From Dehalococcoidia bacterium (GTDB lineage Bacteria; Chloroflexota; Dehalococcoidia; Bin125): 64,000 nt of DNA. Below, piece by piece: positions 59,108 through 64,000 of this stretch. The DNA lies in contig OY820591.1 of assembly GCA_963555985.3 (NCBI GenBank), positions 1,888,001-1,952,000 of the forward strand, read 5' to 3'. The notes under the pieces were generated by a model. It saw only the letters and a list, made by a program, of their open reading frames with translations, was not told where the DNA came from and did not search any database. The first letter of the stretch is position 1. Every line of letters starts with the position of its first letter. Position numbers and translations under genes: made by a program.

Positions 59108-60301
59108 CTACTCCGACTCCCCCCGATAACGATCACGATCAGGAATAGCCGAGCCGCGAGTCAGCGGCGGCAGATCGAGCATCTGGCGCGTACCCGCGTC
59201 CCAGTTGAAGTCCAGACCGGCGTTGTGGCGGCGCGCGACCTGGAGATCGCGGAAGCGACGTTCGAGCGTCCAGCGGCGGTGGATGGCGTTGGTGCCGGCG
59301 GCGGGGAAGAGCAGCTCCACCGCCTCGGTGGCGGCGTGGACGGCATTGACGTTGGCCAGCCGCCAATGGGCGACGGCTTCGAGGTTGGGCGTCTCGTCCA
59401 ACACTGATTGCCAGGCGATGCCGCCCATTTCGCGGACGTAGGAACGGGCCGAGCCGACTCTGGCCTGGGCGCGGCCGAGGGCGACGCGAAAGTGTTCGCG
59501 TTCGGCCAGTGAGCGCGAGTCGCTCTTGCTTGCGACGTGCTTTGCGTGTTGGACGACTTCGTTGATCGCGCCCTGGGCTGCGCCGAGCGCCTGTCCGCCG
59601 TTTTGGAGCCAGCTGGCGATGCCGCCGTCGGGGATGCGCCAGTTGGGCCCCTGAGCGTGCGGCCTGGAGCCGATCTTCATGGTTCGCTTGTCGGGCGCGA
59701 AGACGTTCTCGCTCTGGTAGTCGTGGGAACCGGTGCCGCGCAGACCCATCGTGTCCCAAGTCCGCAGGATTTTGCCCTGGTCGGGGTCGAGGAAGGACAT
59801 ATAGGCGTCGTTGGGGTGATCTTCGTCGCGGAAAGCGGCCACGACTTGAGTGGCGTGGTCGATGCCGCTGGCGTAGGTGGCGATGCCGTTGATGATCCAG
59901 CCGCCCTCGACGCGCTTGCCCCAGTTGGTGGGGCGGGCCGAACCAGCGATCCGGCAGCGGGGGCCGTCCGGCTGGTCGGAGCCGATCATTTCGCGCAGAT
60001 CGTCCGTTTGGAGGAAGCCTGTGACGAGTGAGAGTTCGGTGGCGAGCATGACCACCCAGCCGCTGGAAGGGTCGGCCTCGGCGAGGGCTTCGACGGCGTG
60101 GAAGGCGACGAGCGGCGGGACTTCCTCGCCGCCGGCGGCGGCGGGGATGAACATGCGAAAGAGGCCGGCGTCGGTGAAGGTCTCGATCAGGTGGGCGGGC
60201 GGCTTGCCGTTGGCCTCCGTCTCGTCGGCGCACTGGGCGACCAGCGGTTGGAGCGCTCGCGCGCGTTCGACGATTGGGTGCTGAGCGGGATCGGGTTGCA
60301 T
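59108..60301 (-). CDS. Acyl-CoA-dehydrogenase-fold flavin monooxygenase (HsaA-like)
   Basis: AGLFRMFIP..GG, WDTMGLRGTGSHD, LERRFRD. Confidence 0.82.
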   Translation of the reverse strand: MQPDPAQHPIVERARALQPLVAQCADETEANGKPPAHLIETFTDAGLFRMFIPAAAGGEEVPPLVAFHAVEALAEADPSSGWVVMLATELSLVTGFLQTDDLREMIGSDQPDGPRCRIAGSARPTNWGKRVEGGWIINGIATYASGIDHATQVVAAFRDEDHPNDAYMSFLDPDQGKILRTWDTMGLRGTGSHDYQSENVFAPDKRTMKIGSRPHAQGPNWRIPDGGIASWLQNGGQALGAAQGAINEVVQHAKHVASKSDSRSLAEREHFRVALGRAQARVGSARSYVREMGGIAWQSVLDETPNLEAVAHWRLANVNAVHAATEAVELLFPAAGTNAIHRRWTLERRFRDLQVARRHNAGLDFNWDAGTRQMLDLPPLTRGSAIPDRDRYRGESE

Positions 60302-60310
60302 TGAGACAGG

Positions 60311-61057
60311 CTAGCTCCCTGGCATTCGACGGCTGCGGCGCAGCAATGCCTTTGGGGTCGCGGTGAGTCCGCGCCAGGGCTGTCTGATGAGGCGCTTCGC
60401 GCCAATTCCGCGCAGTCTGGGTACGTGATCGAGGCGCGAAGTTGTGGCTCCGGCTTTGAGCGCTGCGTGGAGGGCGGCTTCTCCCTGTCCGGCGAACTCG
60501 GTGACGCCTGCGCCGACCTGTTCCCAGAAGTGGGCGTCGGAGCCTCCGGTTTCGGGCAGCTTCCAGCGGTTGCGGTTGGCTTGGATCACGGCATCGCGGC
60601 GCCAGCGGGCGAATGGGATCGGATTTGAGGTCTCGATCGCCAGGATGGGTGCGTCGCCGCCGCTGAGCTCGGGGCGCAGGGTATTGACCAAGCGGTCGAT
60701 CGTGCGCAGACCGAGGCTGAAGGGCAGCACTGCGGCTGGATGGGCGATGATCGCCGCGCCGCCTTGGCGCCAGATCAGTTCGACGGTACGGGCGGGGCTG
60801 CGGAAGGCGGGGATGGGTTCTTCGATCCAGAGGGCGAGGATGTGTCCAGCGCGGCTGGTGACTTCGCTGCCGACGATCAGGTCGAAGGGCTGCTGTTGTT
60901 GGGCGGCGAGTTCGCGGGCGAGGAGCGCGCCTCGGGTTTGGTCGTGGTCGGTGATCGCGAGCACGTCCAGTTCGCGGCGCCGTGCGGCCTCGAAGATGGT
61001 CGCGGCGGAGTCCATGCCGTCGGATTGGTCGGTGTGGATTTGGAGGTCGGCGGGCAT
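60311..61057 (-). CDS. PHP-domain phosphoesterase
   Basis: DLQIHT..SDG, AITDHD, GSEV, AHP, GGSDAH. Confidence 0.85.
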   Translation of the reverse strand: MPADLQIHTDQSDGMDSAATIFEAARRRELDVLAITDHDQTRGALLARELAAQQQQPFDLIVGSEVTSRAGHILALWIEEPIPAFRSPARTVELIWRQGGAAIIAHPAAVLPFSLGLRTIDRLVNTLRPELSGGDAPILAIETSNPIPFARWRRDAVIQANRNRWKLPETGGSDAHFWEQVGAGVTEFAGQGEAALHAALKAGATTSRLDHVPRLRGIGAKRLIRQPWRGLTATPKALLRRSRRMPGS

Positions 61058-61065
61058 GGCGTGGG

Positions 61066-61989
61066 TCAGTTCAGGCTGCGTTGGCGGGGCCGGGGGTCGT
61101 CCCAGGGGGTATCGCGGCAGGGCGCCCAGGGCGACTCGGCGACGCGCCATTGAGCGCAGTGTTCGGCGATGATTGGCTCGAAGAGGGTAGCCAGATTGGC
61201 GATGTTGGTGCGGGTGTCGAGGGCGCGGTTGCCGCTGAGCAGGAGTGCGAGCGGGGGCAGGAACTCGACCCGGAAGCGCAGCCGATCGCGCTCGTTGAGG
61301 CGAACGGCGTAGAGCGGGAGCACGTCGGCGTCGGCGCGGAGGGCGAGATCGATCGCGCCGACGGGAAAGCGGGCCTGGCGTCCGAAGAAGGGCACGCAGG
61401 CGCCTCCGCCCTGGAGGTCGCGATCCCAGAGGATGCAGACCACGCCGCCCTCGCGGAGCGCGCGCAGGGCAGCGGCGACGCCGGTCTGGGTGGCGGTGAG
61501 GAACTCGATTCCGACGGCGGCGCGGGAGGCGTTGACGGCTTCGAGTTGGCGCGGGTCGGAGAGTTTCTCGACCAGGGCGAGGGCGGGGATGTCGAGCGCG
61601 GCCAGGGCCTTGAGCGCGACTTCGGGGTTGGAGAGGTGAGCGGTGGTGAGGACAACGCCGCGGCCGGCGCGATGGGCGTTGGTGAGGTGATGGAGTCCGT
61701 GGACGTCGAGCTGGCGGTGGAGGATGCGTTGGGGGGAGAGGGCGGGGAGCACAGCCAGATCGACGTAGTAGCGGGCGGTCTCCTGGAGGGCGGCCAGAGC
61801 AGCGCGGTTGAGTTGGGGCAGTTCCCACTCGGGGTGGATGCGCTGGAGGTTGTTGCGGATGCGCAGGCGTCGGCGTTCGAGCAGGGGCAGGGCGAGCCGG
61901 GTGAGGGTCTCGGCGGTTGTGTAGAGGTCGGTGCGGGGGAGGTATCGGGCGAGGATGGTGAGAGCGCGTAGGAGTGCGGCGGTGGACAT
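61066..61989 (-). CDS. Lipid A/PatA-type lysophospholipid acyltransferase
   Basis: TAHLSNPE, LWDRD, VPFFG..ARFPVG, QW. Confidence 0.82.
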   Translation of the reverse strand: MSTAALLRALTILARYLPRTDLYTTAETLTRLALPLLERRRLRIRNNLQRIHPEWELPQLNRAALAALQETARYYVDLAVLPALSPQRILHRQLDVHGLHHLTNAHRAGRGVVLTTAHLSNPEVALKALAALDIPALALVEKLSDPRQLEAVNASRAAVGIEFLTATQTGVAAALRALREGGVVCILWDRDLQGGGACVPFFGRQARFPVGAIDLALRADADVLPLYAVRLNERDRLRFRVEFLPPLALLLSGNRALDTRTNIANLATLFEPIIAEHCAQWRVAESPWAPCRDTPWDDPRPRQRSLN

Positions 61990-62058
61990 GGGTTGAGCGT
62001 ATTGCAGGGGTGGGGTGGTGTTGGTGTTGGCGGGGTTTTGTCTGGGTTCGGGGTGGGA

Positions 62059-62110
62059 CCCCCCTCTGTCACTTCGTGACATCTCCCCCCGCAGTGCGGG
62101 GGGAGAGGGG
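62059..62110. repeat. REP-like family B element
   Basis: CCCCTCTGTCACTTCGTGACATCTCCCCCCGCAGTGCGGGGGGAGAGGGG double hairpin. Confidence 0.75.
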
Positions 62111-62186
62111 AGACGCTTTGGGGGCATGTCCGTGCGCGGCGTGGGGGAAGGGGGAGTGGCGACGGGTTGGTTTGTTCGGCATTTTG

Positions 62187-63041
62187 TTAGGTGAAGAAGG
62201 GGCGGAATTGGTACCACTGATCGGGGTCTTGGGCGAGCCAGTGTTCGAATCTGGTGAGGGTTTGGGCGACGATTTGATGGGGGTCGTCTGCGGTCTCGAA
62301 GTCCAGATCGAGGCGGGGCTGGAATTGGAGCAGGCCGCGGCGAACGGCGGTGAGGGGGATGACTTTGGCGTTGGTGAGGGCGGCGATTCGGCCCATGGTT
62401 GCGGGTAGGCGGCAGCGCTCGCCGTAGAGGCTTGCTTCGACGACGCGCTCGCGGCGGCCGATTGGGCGGTCGAAGAGGATGGCGGCAGTACCGTTGGCGC
62501 GGAGATGGGCGACGATCTGGCGGAGTCCGCGTTGACCGGCAGCGGGCTGCATTCCGAGGCGCTCGCGTTGAGTTTGAATGGCGTCGTTGAGGGCGGGATG
62601 GCCGAGGTCGTCGACCAAGACCATGGAGCGGCCGACGGCGTGGGTGTAGGCGCCGCCGAGGATGTCCCAGTTGCCCATGTGCATGACAGCGAAGAGGACG
62701 GGGCGGCGGCCGTACCAGTCGCGCAACTGGGCCCACTCGCTTTCGTAGCCGGTTTCGAGTGCGCCGAAGCAGTCTTGGGGGGAGAGTTCGTCGAGGCGGA
62801 CGGCGTCGACCAGGTACTCGCCGTAGCGCCGGAACTGGGCTCGGGCCAGAGTGCTCGCGCCGCCCGGCCATTGCACGTGGGGGAGCAGCCGGGCGGCGTT
62901 CGCGTGGGCGGCGCGGCGGCCTTGCGGCCAGGCGTAGTAGAGGGCGGTCAGCATCCGCCGGGCGAGGGCGTAGGCGGCGGGCCGGGGGAGGGTTCGGGCG
63001 GCTCGTCCGAGGGTGTGGTAGCCGAGGGCGAGGGGGTGCAT
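62187..63041 (-). CDS. Lipid A/PatA-type lysophospholipid acyltransferase
   Basis: MHMGNWD, LFDRP, PDQWYQF. Confidence 0.82.
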   Translation of the reverse strand: MHPLALGYHTLGRAARTLPRPAAYALARRMLTALYYAWPQGRRAAHANAARLLPHVQWPGGASTLARAQFRRYGEYLVDAVRLDELSPQDCFGALETGYESEWAQLRDWYGRRPVLFAVMHMGNWDILGGAYTHAVGRSMVLVDDLGHPALNDAIQTQRERLGMQPAAGQRGLRQIVAHLRANGTAAILFDRPIGRRERVVEASLYGERCRLPATMGRIAALTNAKVIPLTAVRRGLLQFQPRLDLDFETADDPHQIVAQTLTRFEHWLAQDPDQWYQFRPFFT

Positions 63042-63076
63042 TGGGGATTGGGCCTCGCTCTCACCCTCTCCTAGTG

Positions 63077-63293
63077 GAGATCGATGCATCATCCCGCGAT
63101 CGGCTGAGCTCGTCATTTCGGCGTGGGCGGGAGTCCAGATGCCATTCGATACGCCGCATGGATTCCCGCTTTCGCGGGAATGACGGGAACGGGAGTTTTG
63201 CAAAGGCCTCCCTGCGCGGGTATGACGGATATGGGAGTTTTGCAACGGTCTCCCTACGCGGGGGCAGGCTCTGCGGCAAGCGCGGGTATGACG
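63077..63293. mobile_element. Cluster of nested MITE ends and family A palindromes
   Basis: GAGATCGATGCATC at 63077; TTTTGCAAAGGCCTC at 63196; TTTTGCAACGGTCTC at 63238; CGATACGCCGCATGGATTCCCGC identical to 58101. Confidence 0.65.
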
Positions 63294-63303
63294 AATCCAC
63301 GGG

Positions 63304-64000
63304 TTATTCGCCTTGGGCGAAAGTTTCGACGGCGTCTCGGGCGATGTCGTCGGTCCATTGTTCGGGTGGGGATTTCATGAAGTAGGCGCTGGGGGCGAGG
63401 AGTGGGCCGGCGAGGCCTCGGTCGAGGCCTAGTTTGGCGCAGCGGACGGCGTCGATGACGACTCCGGCGCTGTTGGGGGAGTCCCAGACTTCGAGTTTGA
63501 GTTCGAGGTTGAGGGGGACGTCGCCGAAGGTGGTGCCTTCGATGCGGATGTGGCACCACTTGCGGTCGTCGAGCCAGGGGACGTGATCGGAGGGGCCGAC
63601 GTGGACGTCGCCGGGCGGGAGTTCGTAGTCGATCTGGCTGGTGACGGCGTTGGTCTTGCTGATCTTCTTGGATTCGAGGCGCTCGCGTTCGAGCATGTTG
63701 TAGAAGTCGGTGTTGCCGCCGAAGTTGAGTTGGTAGGTGCGGTCGATCTGGACGCCGCGGTCGCGGAAGAGTCGGGAGAGGACGCGGTGGACGATGGTGG
63801 CGCCGACCTGGGACTTGATGTCGTCGCCCACGATCGGCGCGCCCGCCCGCCGGAAGCGGTTGGCCCAGTACTCCTCGCGGGCGATGAAGACGGGGATGCA
63901 GTTGACGAAGCCGCAGCCCGCTTCCAGCACCTGCTCGACGTACCACTTGGTCGCCTCTTCGGAGCCGACCGGCAGGTAGTTGATCACGACGTCGACGTCT
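63304..64000 (-). CDS. ino1: myo-Inositol-1(3)-phosphate synthase, 5' part outside the window
   Basis: [44 protein letters not shown]. Confidence 0.95.
   Translation of the reverse strand, partial: DVDVVINYLPVGSEEATKWYVEQVLEAGCGFVNCIPVFIAREEYWANRFRRAGAPIVGDDIKSQVGATIVHRVLSRLFRDRGVQIDRTYQLNFGGNTDFYNMLERERLESKKISKTNAVTSQIDYELPPGDVHVGPSDHVPWLDDRKWCHIRIEGTTFGDVPLNLELKLEVWDSPNSAGVVIDAVRCAKLGLDRGLAGPLLAPSAYFMKSPPEQWTDDIARDAVETFAQGE

Overview
High-GC bacterial chromosome segment; the gene content suggests Chloroflexota/Dehalococcoidia, possibly host-associated (inference only). Core and metabolic genes: xanthine-dehydrogenase-family Mo subunit, tRNA-Pro(GGG), pth, a split mfd, two-subunit ADP-forming acyl-CoA ligase, acs, a pyrE-like gene, a DinB triplet, and an interrupted phosphatidylinositol(-mannoside)-type lipid cluster (ino1, two acyltransferases, PHP, pimA-like, pgsA-like). 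Scattered defence genes: REase plus two MTases, GmrSD, DUF4238, MTase plus nonsense-disrupted HNH nuclease, an orphan MTase, VapBC, and two coiled-coil proteins with a possibly RelE-like C-terminal domain. The most unusual signal is a dispersed element family. Four copies have a promoter-like region with a LexA-like GAAC/GTAC-N4-RTRC box, then arrays of CGAAC/TGGAC/CTGAC units at 10-bp spacing and a conserved AATTCCCC tail. One copy lies inside an HTH gene, two bracket the R-M pair, and a fifth bare array sits in an operon spacer. Also notable: a GPP34(GOLPH3)-cytochrome P450 fusion, a stand-alone GPP34 gene inside the inositol-lipid cluster, and nested MITE-like elements with visible TIRs and target-site duplications. 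No CRISPR array, rRNA, integrase or transposase was seen. Family assignments come from recognised motifs, not database searches.
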